This document shows, in pieces, positions 8,736-18,434 of a stretch of 64,000 nt of DNA. Position numbers and translations under genes: made by a program. Within the stretch, counting starts at the first letter, position 1, and the number at the start of each line of letters is the position of its first letter. The notes beneath the pieces were generated by a model, which made no database searches, was not told the DNA's origin, and was given only the letters and a program-made list of their open reading frames with translations. Source of the DNA: Candidatus Omnitrophota bacterium (GTDB lineage Bacteria; Omnitrophota; Gorgyraeia; JAFGHF01); the NCBI GenBank assembly GCA_020341815.1, contig CP070837.1, forward strand, positions 780,954-844,953, in the 5' to 3' direction.

Positions 8736-9674
8736 TTACTCCTGGCTCAAATAACGCTCGCCGGTGTCCGGTAAAATTACTACGATAAGCTTACCTTTGT
8801 TTTCTTTTCTCTTGGCTACTTTAATTGCCGCAAAAACAGCAGCTCCTGAGGAAATCCCCGCTAATATACCCTCTTTGAGGGCCAACTGCCGCATGGCCCT
8901 CAAGGCATCCTCATCGCTGACCTGAATTACCTCATCAATCAGCTCTTTTTTTAAAACCTGGGGAATAAATCCAGCGCCGATACCCTGAATCTTATGCTTA
9001 CCCGGTTTTTTTCCCGCCTGCTCGCCATATTTTTGGCGAGAAAGAACTGCAGATTCTTTAGGCTCAACTGCGATAGCGCGAAATCCCGGCTTTCTTTTTT
9101 TGATAGCTTCGGCCACTCCGGTAATAGTTCCACCTGTGCCCACACCGCTAACCAAAATATCTACCTTTCCCTCCGTATCACGCCAAATCTCCTGGGCTGT
9201 AGTCTGGCTATGAGCTTTAGGGTTAGCCGGATTTTCAAACTGCTGCGGCATAAAGGAATTAGGAGTCTTTTTTATGAGCCCTTCCGCCTTTTTGATTGCC
9301 CCGGGCATCCCTGCTTTGCCGGGTGTCAAGATAACTTTGGCACCCAAAAGAGATAAAATTTTTCTACGCTCAACGGACGTCTTATCCGGCATAGTTAAAA
9401 TTAAGTTATAACCTCTTACTGCCGAGACAAAGGCCAGACCAATGCCTGTATTGCCGCTGGTCGGCTCAATAATGGTAGTGCTTTTTTTAATCAATCCCTT
9501 TTTCTCGGCATCCTCAATCATACTCAAGCCGATTCTATCCTTTACGCTGGATAAAGGATTGAAGAACTCAAGTTTTCCTGCCAGATGGGCCTTTAATCCG
9601 GGGCTTATCCTATTTAGGCTCACTAAAGGGGTATTTCCTATCAGAGCGGTTATATCTTTTGCTATCTTTGCCAT
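8736..9674 (-). CDS. cysK: Cysteine synthase A (O-acetylserine sulfhydrylase)
   Basis: 312 aa; [18 protein letters not shown]..., PLP-lysine region SVKDR and GNTG glycine loop characteristic of CysK/CysM. Confidence 0.85.
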   Translation of the reverse strand: MAKIAKDITALIGNTPLVSLNRISPGLKAHLAGKLEFFNPLSSVKDRIGLSMIEDAEKKGLIKKSTTIIEPTSGNTGIGLAFVSAVRGYNLILTMPDKTSVERRKILSLLGAKVILTPGKAGMPGAIKKAEGLIKKTPNSFMPQQFENPANPKAHSQTTAQEIWRDTEGKVDILVSGVGTGGTITGVAEAIKKRKPGFRAIAVEPKESAVLSRQKYGEQAGKKPGKHKIQGIGAGFIPQVLKKELIDEVIQVSDEDALRAMRQLALKEGILAGISSGAAVFAAIKVAKRKENKGKLIVVILPDTGERYLSQE

Positions 9675-9693
9675 TAACTTTCTCTCCTTGCAA

Positions 9694-10596
9694 CTATCTT
9701 TTTCGACTTAAATATCTGAATGCGCCCAATGCTGCCTTGGAGCCTTCTCCTGCGGCGATGATAATCTGTTTCTCTACAACATCGGTAACGTCACCGGCGG
9801 CAAAAACCCCCGGGATATTGGTTTCATTGCGGCAATTCACTTTAATTTCGCCGTTTTCGTTTATATCTATGCCCCTGGCAAAGGCGGAATTGGGTTTTAG
9901 GCCCACTTCTACAAAGATTCCCTCAACAGCTAAGGATTCCTCTTTGTCTTTCTTTTCTATCTTAATACCTTTGACCATCTTATCGCCAAAGATAGAGGTT
10001 ATGCGCGTATTATTAAGGATAGATACCTTTTTACTAGAGTTGACTTTCTCCTGCATGATGGCGTCGCCCGTAAGATTATCGGCAATATTAATAATATAGA
10101 CGCGCCTGGCTATCTTTACTAACTGTAAAGCCGCATCCAGCGCAGAATTCCCCCCACCGACAACAGCAACGTCTTTGCCGGTGAATAAAGGGCCATCGCA
10201 GGTAGCACAATAAGTAAGCCCCCTGTTTTTAAACTCTTTCTCACCCGGAACGCCAAGCTCTTTTGAGGTTTTTCCGGAAGCAATTATCAGTGTTGCGGTC
10301 TCATATTTGCCCTTATCCGTCTTAACCAGAATAGAGTTTTCTTTTCTCTCAAGCGCCAGGGCCTGTTCGTTTTCTTTCAAGTCGATATTGTATTTCTTCA
10401 TGTGTTCTTCGAACTTTGCGGTCAACTCCGGACCGCTAATAAATTGATAACCGGTGTAATTCTCAATATTTCCGCTCCAGGCGGTTTGTCCGCCGATATC
10501 TTTGGTGATGACCAGAAAGTTCATCCTCTTGCGGGCGGCATATACGCTGGCGGTTATGCCTGCGGGGCCCGCCCCGATAATGATTAAATCATACAT
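9694..10596 (-). CDS. trxB: Thioredoxin-disulfide reductase-like flavoprotein
   Basis: 300 aa; FAD-binding GAGPAG, redox-active CATCDG and NAD(P)-binding GGGNSA motifs. Confidence 0.8.
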   Translation of the reverse strand: MYDLIIIGAGPAGITASVYAARKRMNFLVITKDIGGQTAWSGNIENYTGYQFISGPELTAKFEEHMKKYNIDLKENEQALALERKENSILVKTDKGKYETATLIIASGKTSKELGVPGEKEFKNRGLTYCATCDGPLFTGKDVAVVGGGNSALDAALQLVKIARRVYIINIADNLTGDAIMQEKVNSSKKVSILNNTRITSIFGDKMVKGIKIEKKDKEESLAVEGIFVEVGLKPNSAFARGIDINENGEIKVNCRNETNIPGVFAAGDVTDVVEKQIIIAAGEGSKAALGAFRYLSRKR

Positions 10597-10600
10597 AATT

Positions 10601-10837
10601 TTACAATCCTAACAGCTGGCTTATTCTGTCTTTATCAAAGCCCGTTACGATTTCCCCGTTGATGTCCAGTACCGGAACACCCATCTGTCCGGATTTATCT
10701 ATCATCTCTTGCGCGGCTTCCTGATTTTCCGAGACGTCAACGTCTTCGAAAGGTATATTATTTTCCTTTAAGAATTGCTTGGCCCTGATGCAGTATGGAC
10801 AGGTAGGGATGCTGTATATCTTTACCTTATTATCCAT
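10601..10837 (-). CDS. Glutaredoxin-like protein (NrdH/Grx family)
   Basis: 78 aa with CPYC active site and thioredoxin-fold length. Confidence 0.75.
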   Translation of the reverse strand: MDNKVKIYSIPTCPYCIRAKQFLKENNIPFEDVDVSENQEAAQEMIDKSGQMGVPVLDINGEIVTGFDKDRISQLLGL

Positions 10838-10852
10838 TTTGGCCTCTCTTTT

Positions 10853-11296
10853 TTACAAATCCGTCTCTTTAATCCAGGCGCCATGCAGATTGCACAGCTC
10901 TATTACACTTAAACGCCCTTTATTCGCCTTAAGATGAAGTGCGCCGGCCGGATTGAGCTTATCAGGGGTAAGCGCAATTCTGGAGATAAACTCCTTGTCT
11001 ATGTAGAAATCGATATGCAGGATATAGTGCTCCGGCTGCATCGGATGCTGAATCTCACCCATCTTTACGTGCACGTCTTCGCAGCCCTCGGGTATCAGGC
11101 CGCATTTTTTTACCAGATTGATTACGGGGATGTGCTTCTTTTCCAAGTCGCTGAGATTATTTTTATCTTTGGGCAGCTTTATGGCATCTTCTTTTTCCTC
11201 AAAGGCGCTTTGAGGTGCCCCGCATACGGGGCATTTATCGGGTGCAGTGCCATTGATTGAGATAAACTTGCAAACCTTGCAAACCAGACCTTTCAT
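10853..11296 (-). CDS. Superoxide reductase (desulfoferrodoxin/neelaredoxin type) with N-terminal Cys4 domain
   Basis: 147 aa; N-terminal CKVC...CPVC pair; SOR centre motifs EKKHIPV and CNLHGAW. Confidence 0.7.
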   Translation of the reverse strand: MKGLVCKVCKFISINGTAPDKCPVCGAPQSAFEEKEDAIKLPKDKNNLSDLEKKHIPVINLVKKCGLIPEGCEDVHVKMGEIQHPMQPEHYILHIDFYIDKEFISRIALTPDKLNPAGALHLKANKGRLSVIELCNLHGAWIKETDL

Positions 11297-11313
11297 GGTT
11301 CACCCCCCTTTTT

Positions 11314-11889
11314 TTAATAATTTTCACAGAGGAGCTCGTAATAGCTCTGCGGATGGGCGCAGGCAGGACACTCCTCGGGTGCTTCTTTTCCTTCATGCAC
11401 ATATCCGCAATTGCGGCATTTCCATTTAACCACTGCATCTTTTTTGAACACAGTGCCTTCTTTTACATTTTTAAGTAATTTCCGATATCTTTTCTCATGC
11501 TGCTCTTCCACTTCGGCTATTTCCTTAAACTGCTTGGCTACCTCTTCAAAACCTTCACTCCGGGCGACCTCTTCGGCCTCTTTATAAAGCTTGGACCACT
11601 CCAGGTGCTCTCCGGCGGCTGCGGCTTGCAAGTTCTGCGGCGTATCCCCGATTATGCCTGCCGGGTAAGAAGCGGTAATCTCTACATCGCCCCCTTCCAA
11701 GAGTTTGAAAAACCTCTTGGCGTGCTCTTTCTCATTGTCGGCGGTCTCTAAGAAAATTGCCGCTATCTGCTCATAACCCGCCTTTTTTGCTACCGAAGCA
11801 AAATATGTATAACGGTTCCTGGCCTGGGACTCCCCGGCAAAAGAGGCAAGTAGGTGCTTTTCCGTCTTTGTTCCTTTTACGCTTTTCAT
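11314..11889 (-). CDS. rbr: Rubrerythrin
   Basis: 191 aa; diiron four-helix bundle E..EXXH motifs plus C-terminal rubredoxin-like CRNCGY...CPAC. Confidence 0.85.
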   Translation of the reverse strand: MKSVKGTKTEKHLLASFAGESQARNRYTYFASVAKKAGYEQIAAIFLETADNEKEHAKRFFKLLEGGDVEITASYPAGIIGDTPQNLQAAAAGEHLEWSKLYKEAEEVARSEGFEEVAKQFKEIAEVEEQHEKRYRKLLKNVKEGTVFKKDAVVKWKCRNCGYVHEGKEAPEECPACAHPQSYYELLCENY

Positions 11890-11902
11890 CCTTTTCCCTC
11901 CT

Positions 11903-12364
11903 TTATTTCAGGTGTGCCGGTGTAAGGTCGACTATTTTTTCCGTATCCATCACAATCATATATTCGGGCGTAGGCAAAAGTGCCTCCGGATGATGGCGGT
12001 GCCCTTTTTCCCCGGCAACATTCTTAAGAACCCTTTTTGTAATCCTCTGGGCAATCTTTTTCTCCCAGTCCGTAATAATATGGGAACCGAGCTTATCTTT
12101 TTTTATGAGCTTTGCCTTACCCTTCAGGGAAAAACCTCTAAACTTATGTTCATCGACAGCCGTAACTGCTATATTGGGATTACTTCTTAAGTTTTCGAAA
12201 GTCTGGGCATTATAAAGGTCAAGGAGATAAATTTGGCCGTTTTTGTTTATCTTCACTATGCCTTTACAGGAATTGTGAGGCGAGCCTGCTTTATCAATGG
12301 TCGAGACGATAACAAAACTCTGCTTATGAAAAAACTGGATTAAATCATCGCTAAGCGCTTTCAC
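11903..12364 (-). CDS. Pyridoxamine 5'-phosphate oxidase-like FMN-binding protein
   Basis: 153 aa, GTG start 2 nt after the desulforedoxin stop; split-barrel FMN-binding family by length and sequence character. Function unknown. Confidence 0.55.
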   Translation of the reverse strand: MKALSDDLIQFFHKQSFVIVSTIDKAGSPHNSCKGIVKINKNGQIYLLDLYNAQTFENLRSNPNIAVTAVDEHKFRGFSLKGKAKLIKKDKLGSHIITDWEKKIAQRITKRVLKNVAGEKGHRHHPEALLPTPEYMIVMDTEKIVDLTPAHLK

Positions 12365-12366
12365 GG

Positions 12367-12492
12367 TCAGCCTGAGACCTTTTCCATAGGCTGATTGCAG
12401 CAGACCAGCTCCCCTCCGCCCACCTTTGTTACGGTAACTTCATTGCCGCAGACATTGCACTTGTAATGCTCACCAACCTTTTCTACCGCCAT
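12367..12492 (-). CDS. Desulforedoxin-like small Cys4 metalloprotein (41 aa)
   Basis: Below the ORF-track cut-off. Hand translation MAVEKVGEHYKCNVCGNEVTVTKVGGGELVCCNQPMEKVSG* carries the desulforedoxin CxxCG ... CC cysteine pattern; strong SD (GAGGGAGG) upstream; stop 2 nt before the next gene. Confidence 0.55.
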   Translation of the reverse strand: MAVEKVGEHYKCNVCGNEVTVTKVGGGELVCCNQPMEKVSG

Positions 12493-12504
12493 ATACGCCT
12501 CCCT

Positions 12505-12921
12505 CTATTTAAAAAGATCTATGTATATCGCAAAAAGCAAAGCCAGGGCTGAAAGCGCAAATATAAACATATAATTTATTCTTTCTTTTCCGGAACTCAG
12601 CGCGCAAAGAATTGCGCCCAGCAAATCGTAATCCTCTTGGCTTAACTTTTCTTTAAGATTTATCTTATCCAAAAGCCTTCTCTGAGATATGGCGTTGTGT
12701 CTTGCCTGATTTATTCTAAACTTATACACAAAAAATAAGAAAAATCCACCCACCCCTATATACCAGGCAACCTTGGCATAAAAGGGGCTGGCGTGCATCA
12801 GAATTGTCACCACCCGAATTGCCGCCGTTGCTATAAGGCCGATAATAAAAAATAGCCAGGAAGCAAAAGAATCCCTGCAATTTTTATATTCGCTGCAGGT
12901 TATGCATTTATTTTTTTCCAT
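12505..12921 (-). CDS. Hypothetical membrane protein with N-terminal CxxC...C motif
   Basis: 138 aa; predicted transmembrane segments; no recognised family. Confidence 0.45.
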   Translation of the reverse strand: MEKNKCITCSEYKNCRDSFASWLFFIIGLIATAAIRVVTILMHASPFYAKVAWYIGVGGFFLFFVYKFRINQARHNAISQRRLLDKINLKEKLSQEDYDLLGAILCALSSGKERINYMFIFALSALALLFAIYIDLFK

Positions 12922-12929
12922 GAGACCTG

Positions 12930-13580
12930 TTAAACTATGATTTCTTTCAGCTGGGATATATTATCTATGATATAATCCGGTCTTGCTTTTAGAATATCCT
13001 CTTTTTTGCCTATTCCGTAGGTAACCGCGCAAGTTGCTATACCGGCTCTTTTGCCGGCTAATATATCTACATCCATATCCCCTACAATTATAGTTTTTTC
13101 TTTAGGCATTTTGAGCTTTTCCATGGTTTGGTCCAAAGAACAGGAAGAAGGCTTCATGCATCCGGAGTTATCTCCTCCTAAGACATCTTCAAAATAATCA
13201 TATACGCCGAGCGTCTCCAGGGCGAGCCTGGCAAATTTATACTTTTTATTGGTCACGATGGACTTTCTCTTATCCTTAAAATATTCCAATACTTCTTTTA
13301 CGCCCGGATAAAGACGGGATTTATCTACGGAATGAAGTGCGTAATATTGTTCGAACCGGAATACGGCCTCATTAAGAAGCGAATCCTTCTTTTCCCCTAA
13401 AGACTTCCCGATTAAGTCCTCTAAGCCCGTACCGATATAAGAAGTTATCTCGGATAAACTTTTCTCCTTAAGGCCAAACTGCCTTAAAGTAAAATTGACG
13501 GCACCGGCTATATCCTCTCTTGAATCAACTAAAGTGCCATCTAAATCAAATATAATCAAGCCTATAGGCTTTGCCTGCAT
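12930..13580 (-). CDS. HAD-superfamily hydrolase (phosphoglycolate phosphatase-like)
   Basis: 216 aa; HAD motif I IIFDLDGTLVDS and motif IV GDMDVD. Confidence 0.75.
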   Translation of the reverse strand: MQAKPIGLIIFDLDGTLVDSREDIAGAVNFTLRQFGLKEKSLSEITSYIGTGLEDLIGKSLGEKKDSLLNEAVFRFEQYYALHSVDKSRLYPGVKEVLEYFKDKRKSIVTNKKYKFARLALETLGVYDYFEDVLGGDNSGCMKPSSCSLDQTMEKLKMPKEKTIIVGDMDVDILAGKRAGIATCAVTYGIGKKEDILKARPDYIIDNISQLKEIIV

Positions 13581-13586
13581 CGCCTT

Positions 13587-14321
13587 TTATCCCGCAATTT
13601 TAAGCAACATCATAAAAACCAGCCCTAAGATAAAAGTGAAAAAGGCGATATTTGCCCTTTTCGCGTCCTTCTGCTTATGCAGCTCGGGGATCAAGTCCGA
13701 GGCGGCAATATAGATAAAGCCCCCGGCGGTAAATGAAATCAAAAATAAAGAAAAGTTTTGCGTGAGGCCTGAGAGAATATATCCTATAACAGCGCCTAAT
13801 ACAGCCGTAAGGGCGCAGAGAAAGTTAAAAAATAGCGCCCGGGTTTTAGTAAAGCCGCCATAAACAAGGATTCCGAAATCCCCCATCTCCTGGGGAATCT
13901 CATGAAAGATAACCGCCAGCGTAGTTATGATGCCCAATTTTATATCGGTCATAAAACTGGCGGCGATAATCAGGCCATCGGTAAAATTATGTACCCCATC
14001 ACCGATTAAGTTCAGATATGTAAAGGTGTGCACATCACACACTCCTTCGTGACAATGCCTCCAGTAAAGATATCTTTCCATCAGGAAAAAGGTGGTAAAA
14101 CCGATTAAGGTATAGAAAAATACAAGGTTGCATGCACATCGGGTGAGAGCCTCAGGCAGAAGGTGCAGGAAGGCTCCACCAATTAATCCACCGGCGGCAA
14201 AACCGACCAATAAAACCAGTATGTTATCAAATGTCTTTGTCTTTACTCCTAAAGTAAAAACACCGATTAACGAAATAAGGCTGACCACTATTGTAGCCGA
14301 TAAAATCCAAATCAGCGTCAT
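13587..14321 (-). CDS. ZIP-family divalent metal transporter (ZupT-like)
   Basis: 244 aa polytopic membrane protein with HNFTDG and HEIPQEMGDF motifs typical of ZIP transporters. Confidence 0.75.
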   Translation of the reverse strand: MTLIWILSATIVVSLISLIGVFTLGVKTKTFDNILVLLVGFAAGGLIGGAFLHLLPEALTRCACNLVFFYTLIGFTTFFLMERYLYWRHCHEGVCDVHTFTYLNLIGDGVHNFTDGLIIAASFMTDIKLGIITTLAVIFHEIPQEMGDFGILVYGGFTKTRALFFNFLCALTAVLGAVIGYILSGLTQNFSLFLISFTAGGFIYIAASDLIPELHKQKDAKRANIAFFTFILGLVFMMLLKIAG

Positions 14322-15518
14322 TTAAAACACCTCTTTCTCACAGGCGGTTATGGCCTCATCCACCTCTTTTTGAAGTGTATCGGGTAAGCCCATTATTGAT
14401 GTATCCAGGAACCCTCTGACAATAGCTGCCTGGGCTTCGCCCTGACTTAAGCCCCGGGACATAAGATATTCTATTTCATCCTTGGCAATCTTACCCACTG
14501 CTGCTTCGTGCGAAAGGTCTACGCCTTCCACAGTCCCCTCAAGCTCCGGAATAGCATGGATGCGTCCTTTTTCCGTAACCATCAGCCCGCGGCATTCCAG
14601 ATGCGCCTTTATCCCGGCTACCTCTCCTTTTAAATGGCCCCTGGCAATAATATCTCCTCCGGCTGAGACTGCCCGGGCTACAACCTCGGCCCTTGAGCCC
14701 TCCGCCTTTAATATTACTCTTGAACCCACATCCAAAACTCCGCCGGGATGAGCAAAAAGTATAGAATTATACCGTCCCACGGCACCCCGCCCAACAAGTT
14801 CGGCCCTGGGATACATCTGCAGGTTCTTTACCGGCTTAAGGCAGATATAATTTGATAGAAATGTGCCTCCCTCTTCTACTAAGGCTGCGGTCCGCGGGCG
14901 CACACATACATCCTCTGCCCAGTTATGAATCATGGTAAAGGTGAGCTTCGCCCCGCGCTTTACATAAAACTCGGAAATCCCGATATGCAGACCTCTTTTT
15001 ACGTCGCTGGCCGTGGCGCATCCGGTAATAATCTGCAGGTCCGAACCTTCCTCGGCAATTATTACATTATGGACATTTTGAATTATGTTATTGTCATTTA
15101 TAAAAAGGCAGGCCTGCAAGGGATAAGTCGCCTTGACGCCGGGAAGAGCCCTTAAGAAATAACCATGATGGGGTTGATTATGCGCCTGCCTGGTAAACTC
15201 ATCGGCATCAAGGGCAACCACCTTCCAGAAATAATTATCCACCCACTCATATTTTTTAATGGCCTCGGTGGTGCTCATTACCTCTACTCCCGGATAAAGG
15301 CTCTCAGAATGCACTACGCTGTGGTCCATCTGAAGATAAGTCCCTGAGCGCCCTTTCTGCGAAGGGTCGACTCCGGCAGAAAGCATATTCTTTTTCTGGT
15401 CAGCGCTGACTTTCGCTAAGTCTTCCAGATAACCCAGAGACTTGGCCTTGGACTTATAGGAGGGGATGTCTATTTTTCCGGCCTGTGAGAGCCCTTTCTT
15501 GGTTTTTCTCTTTGGCAT
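14322..15518 (-). CDS. sufB: Fe-S cluster assembly protein, SufB/SufD family
   Basis: Track ORF 14322..15530; SufB-like sequence character (EAIKKYEWVDNYFWK). Start uncertain: the ORF overlaps the sufC 3' end by about 50 nt. Confidence 0.65.
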   Translation of the reverse strand: MPKRKTKKGLSQAGKIDIPSYKSKAKSLGYLEDLAKVSADQKKNMLSAGVDPSQKGRSGTYLQMDHSVVHSESLYPGVEVMSTTEAIKKYEWVDNYFWKVVALDADEFTRQAHNQPHHGYFLRALPGVKATYPLQACLFINDNNIIQNVHNVIIAEEGSDLQIITGCATASDVKRGLHIGISEFYVKRGAKLTFTMIHNWAEDVCVRPRTAALVEEGGTFLSNYICLKPVKNLQMYPRAELVGRGAVGRYNSILFAHPGGVLDVGSRVILKAEGSRAEVVARAVSAGGDIIARGHLKGEVAGIKAHLECRGLMVTEKGRIHAIPELEGTVEGVDLSHEAAVGKIAKDEIEYLMSRGLSQGEAQAAIVRGFLDTSIMGLPDTLQKEVDEAITACEKEVF

Positions 15519-16216
15519 GTTATGCACCATTCATAACCGTGTTTCTTTACGGTTTTCAATATCTCCTTGGGCTCGCCCATACAATGAAGCCTGCCGCCCA
15601 CTAAGATACAACCTTCATCTGCCTTTACATAATCCAATATATATCCCGTATGCGTGATAATCAGGGCGCTATTATCCTTATCTCTTTTTAGTATCCGGTT
15701 CATAATCTCACCCACCAGGGCAATGTTTTCCAAATCAACGCCTGATTCGGGCTCATCAAAAAGACTTAAGCGCGCCCCACCCGCCAAAAGCTGCAAGAGT
15801 TCCGAGCGTTTTATCTCCCCTCCGGAAAACCCTAAGTTTATATCCCTCTCCAGAAACTCTCTTAAGTTAAGCTCACCGGCTGCCCTGTCAATATCAAAAT
15901 CTCCGCCCTTTATCAAATCCACCATCTGCCTTACCTTTACCCCTCTTATGGTAGGAGGCCTCTGAAACATCATCCCTATCCCTAAGCGGGCGCGCTCATC
16001 GATGGAGAGGTCGTTTATTTTCCTGCCTTTGAATATAATACTTCCCTGGGTAATTTCATAATTAGAAAAGCCGATAATGGTCATGAGCAGAGAGGTTTTT
16101 CCTGAGCCGTTAGGACCGAGCAGGGCAATAGTCTGGCCCTTCTTGACCCGCAGATTTATGTCGGTCAATACCTCTTTGCCCGATACTTTTACGGTTAAGT
16201 TCTTTATCTTTAACAT
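15470..16216 (-). CDS. sufC: Fe-S cluster assembly ATPase SufC
   Basis: 248 aa; Walker A GPNGSGKTS, ABC signature FSGGE, Walker B SLFDEPESGVD. Confidence 0.85.
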   Translation of the reverse strand: MLKIKNLTVKVSGKEVLTDINLRVKKGQTIALLGPNGSGKTSLLMTIIGFSNYEITQGSIIFKGRKINDLSIDERARLGIGMMFQRPPTIRGVKVRQMVDLIKGGDFDIDRAAGELNLREFLERDINLGFSGGEIKRSELLQLLAGGARLSLFDEPESGVDLENIALVGEIMNRILKRDKDNSALIITHTGYILDYVKADEGCILVGGRLHCMGEPKEILKTVKKHGYEWCITCQREKPRKGSHRPEK

Positions 16217-16217
16217 A

Positions 16218-17384
16218 TTAAAATATCGTATTTGCTAATATACCCATGGCTACTACCTGAGGCACAGTAACTACAGGAAGCCAGATGGCTACCCTTCGGC
16301 CAACATTATGCCAGAGCAGGCCTATCTCTGTATAGTCGGTAACAACCCCGGCCATTAAAAATACGAAGGCATTTCCTAAAGCACGCGTCTGCCTGTATAT
16401 CTCAAAGGCAAGAGGTGCTGTGCCTTCGGAACAAACCTCAAGGATAGTGGCAACAACTAAGGTTATGGTTAAGCCGAGAGCGTTGGGCCCCATATAATTT
16501 TGAAATATGTTCTGGGGTATGTAGGCCGCAGAAAGTGAGGCCAGGCCCATGCCTATCAGTATCCACCATAATACCATATTAGCCAGGGAAATTGAACCGG
16601 AAAATACACCTTTTATATCCTGCCTTATTCCTATAGAAGTAAGCTTATATGAGCTAAATCTTGCCTTTAAGTCCTTAAATACAGAAAAACCTTCCTCTAT
16701 TTCTCTTATATTTTTATTTTTTTCTATCAGGTCTTTTGATTCCAGGAATTGAAAAATGAAACCGGTGATAATTGCGATAATCAGGGCAGAGATTATAATA
16801 AATAAGGCCTTTGCTCCGAAGAAACCGATTAACATTATAGTCAAAGTGAAGTTTGCCCAGGGTGAGGCCAGGAGAAAAGCCACTACAGCCGGGTTTGAGG
16901 CGCCTTTTTTGTGCAATTCAATGGAAAGCGCCAGAATCCCGTGGCTGCAGGCGCTCATAAAGAAACCCAATATCACCGAATAGAATATCGTGCTTCTTTT
17001 AGGCTTGGCCAAAAAGTAAGAGATATATTCCCGGGGTATAAAATGGTCAATAATTCCACCCAGGATAAACCCCAGTAAAATAGCCCACCAGATGCGCTCG
17101 AAATACATCAATAATGATTTCCTGAAGGGCTCAAGGATAGGCACAATATAGGAAAGAATGCAAAGTGCGCTCAAGACAGATGCCACAATAGTCGTCTTAT
17201 TTTTATACCATTTTACCTTTGGCTGCACAAGGCAGGTGGCTACTTCCCTGTCACTGATTTTATTCTGCCGGGCAAACTTCTTAAGGCAATTTTCACTGCA
17301 AAAATAATGGGTTTGGCCGTCTTTTGTCAGCTTTAGGCTTTGCGCTTCACTTACATCCATTCCGCAAACAGGGTCTTTTGCCAT
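16218..17384 (-). CDS. Predicted permease with N-terminal TRASH/YHS metal-binding domain
   Basis: 388 aa; N-terminal DPVCGMDV...HYFCSENC followed by a polytopic permease domain. Confidence 0.6.
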   Translation of the reverse strand: MAKDPVCGMDVSEAQSLKLTKDGQTHYFCSENCLKKFARQNKISDREVATCLVQPKVKWYKNKTTIVASVLSALCILSYIVPILEPFRKSLLMYFERIWWAILLGFILGGIIDHFIPREYISYFLAKPKRSTIFYSVILGFFMSACSHGILALSIELHKKGASNPAVVAFLLASPWANFTLTIMLIGFFGAKALFIIISALIIAIITGFIFQFLESKDLIEKNKNIREIEEGFSVFKDLKARFSSYKLTSIGIRQDIKGVFSGSISLANMVLWWILIGMGLASLSAAYIPQNIFQNYMGPNALGLTITLVVATILEVCSEGTAPLAFEIYRQTRALGNAFVFLMAGVVTDYTEIGLLWHNVGRRVAIWLPVVTVPQVVAMGILANTIF

Positions 17385-17385
17385 T

Positions 17386-18129
17386 TTAATACCCCGTAAA
17401 GTTCTCTGCTTTAATTTTACCTTCGGGAAGACCTAATTTATTCTTCAGGATGCCAGTTAAGCTGCTCACCATGCCCGGCGGGCCGCAGATATAAAATACT
17501 CTTTCTTTATAATCGCCCACCTCTTCTTTTATTACTTTATCATCAATAAGCCCGACTCTTCCGGGCCATTTTTTTCTATCGATATCCTCAGAGGTCAACC
17601 CAGCCCCTGCGCGCAGGGGCTGGGTCAAGGTATAGACGATGCGAATATTTTTATTACTCCTGCTTATTCCGTCTAAATCCTCTCTAAATATAATATCTTC
17701 TTCCTTGTTGTTACCGTAAAGCAAAATTATATCTGAAGGTATGCGCTTATCTGCAACAAATTTACAAATGCTTCTTATCGGGGTTATTCCTATGCCTCCG
17801 GAAAGAAAGGCAATTTTTTCGTATTCTCCCGTAAATGTGAAAGAGCCGTAAGGCATCTTAAGCTGCGCCCAGTCACCAACCTTTAAGCCTTCAAGAGCCT
17901 TTGAAAACTCACTTTCGGTTATCCTCTTGGTAAATTCCACATAGCCCTTCTCGGTAGGAGAATTGGAAAAGGAAAAATGTTTTGTCTGTTCTTTCCCTCC
18001 TATCTTTATACTTACAAAAAAGAACTGCCCAGGCTTAAAATCTACATCCTTATTCAGCTTAAAGCGAAAACTCTTTACGTTAGGCGTTCTCTGGATTATA
18101 TCCCGCACCTCTGTCTCAAACTGAATCAA
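17386..18129 (-). CDS. FAD/NAD(P)-binding oxidoreductase (ferredoxin-NADP reductase-like)
   Basis: 247 aa; FNR-like barrel and nucleotide-binding motifs (GGIGITP, ICGPPGM); no Fe-S motif. Confidence 0.65.
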   Translation of the reverse strand: MIQFETEVRDIIQRTPNVKSFRFKLNKDVDFKPGQFFFVSIKIGGKEQTKHFSFSNSPTEKGYVEFTKRITESEFSKALEGLKVGDWAQLKMPYGSFTFTGEYEKIAFLSGGIGITPIRSICKFVADKRIPSDIILLYGNNKEEDIIFREDLDGISRSNKNIRIVYTLTQPLRAGAGLTSEDIDRKKWPGRVGLIDDKVIKEEVGDYKERVFYICGPPGMVSSLTGILKNKLGLPEGKIKAENFTGY

Positions 18130-18144
18130 ATTAAACCACTCCCT

Positions 18145-18417
18145 TTATCCAAAGCTATAGTGTTTCTTCACCGCCTCCTGAATATCCCAGAGGCAACTTA
18201 GGCCCTTGGGGAAAACCACAAAATCGCCTGCGCCGAAATTGACGGTCTTTGCGTCTTTGGTGGTAACAGTAACCTTGCCTTTTAAAAGATAGCAGCTTTC
18301 CTTATCATCATAATGCCAGTTGAATCTGGATACCTCTTTCTCCCATATCGGCCAGCTGGATACATTCAAGTCCCTCAATTTATCCTGAGTAGGTTTCTCG
18401 ATCTTTATCTCGGACAT
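18145..18417 (-). CDS. Cupin-domain protein
   Basis: 90 aa small beta-barrel protein; family assignment tentative. Confidence 0.5.
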   Translation of the reverse strand: MSEIKIEKPTQDKLRDLNVSSWPIWEKEVSRFNWHYDDKESCYLLKGKVTVTTKDAKTVNFGAGDFVVFPKGLSCLWDIQEAVKKHYSFG

Positions 18418-18434
18418 CTTCTTATGCCTCCTTT

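Noticed and set aside
8994-9356. Plus-strand 120-aa ORF and similar plus-strand track ORFs inside minus-strand genes (e.g. 2317..2709, 26304..26591, 38103..38441 on the opposite strand of the adhesin)
   Set aside because: All lie antisense within well-supported genes and lack family signatures or an RBS; judged to be frame artefacts.
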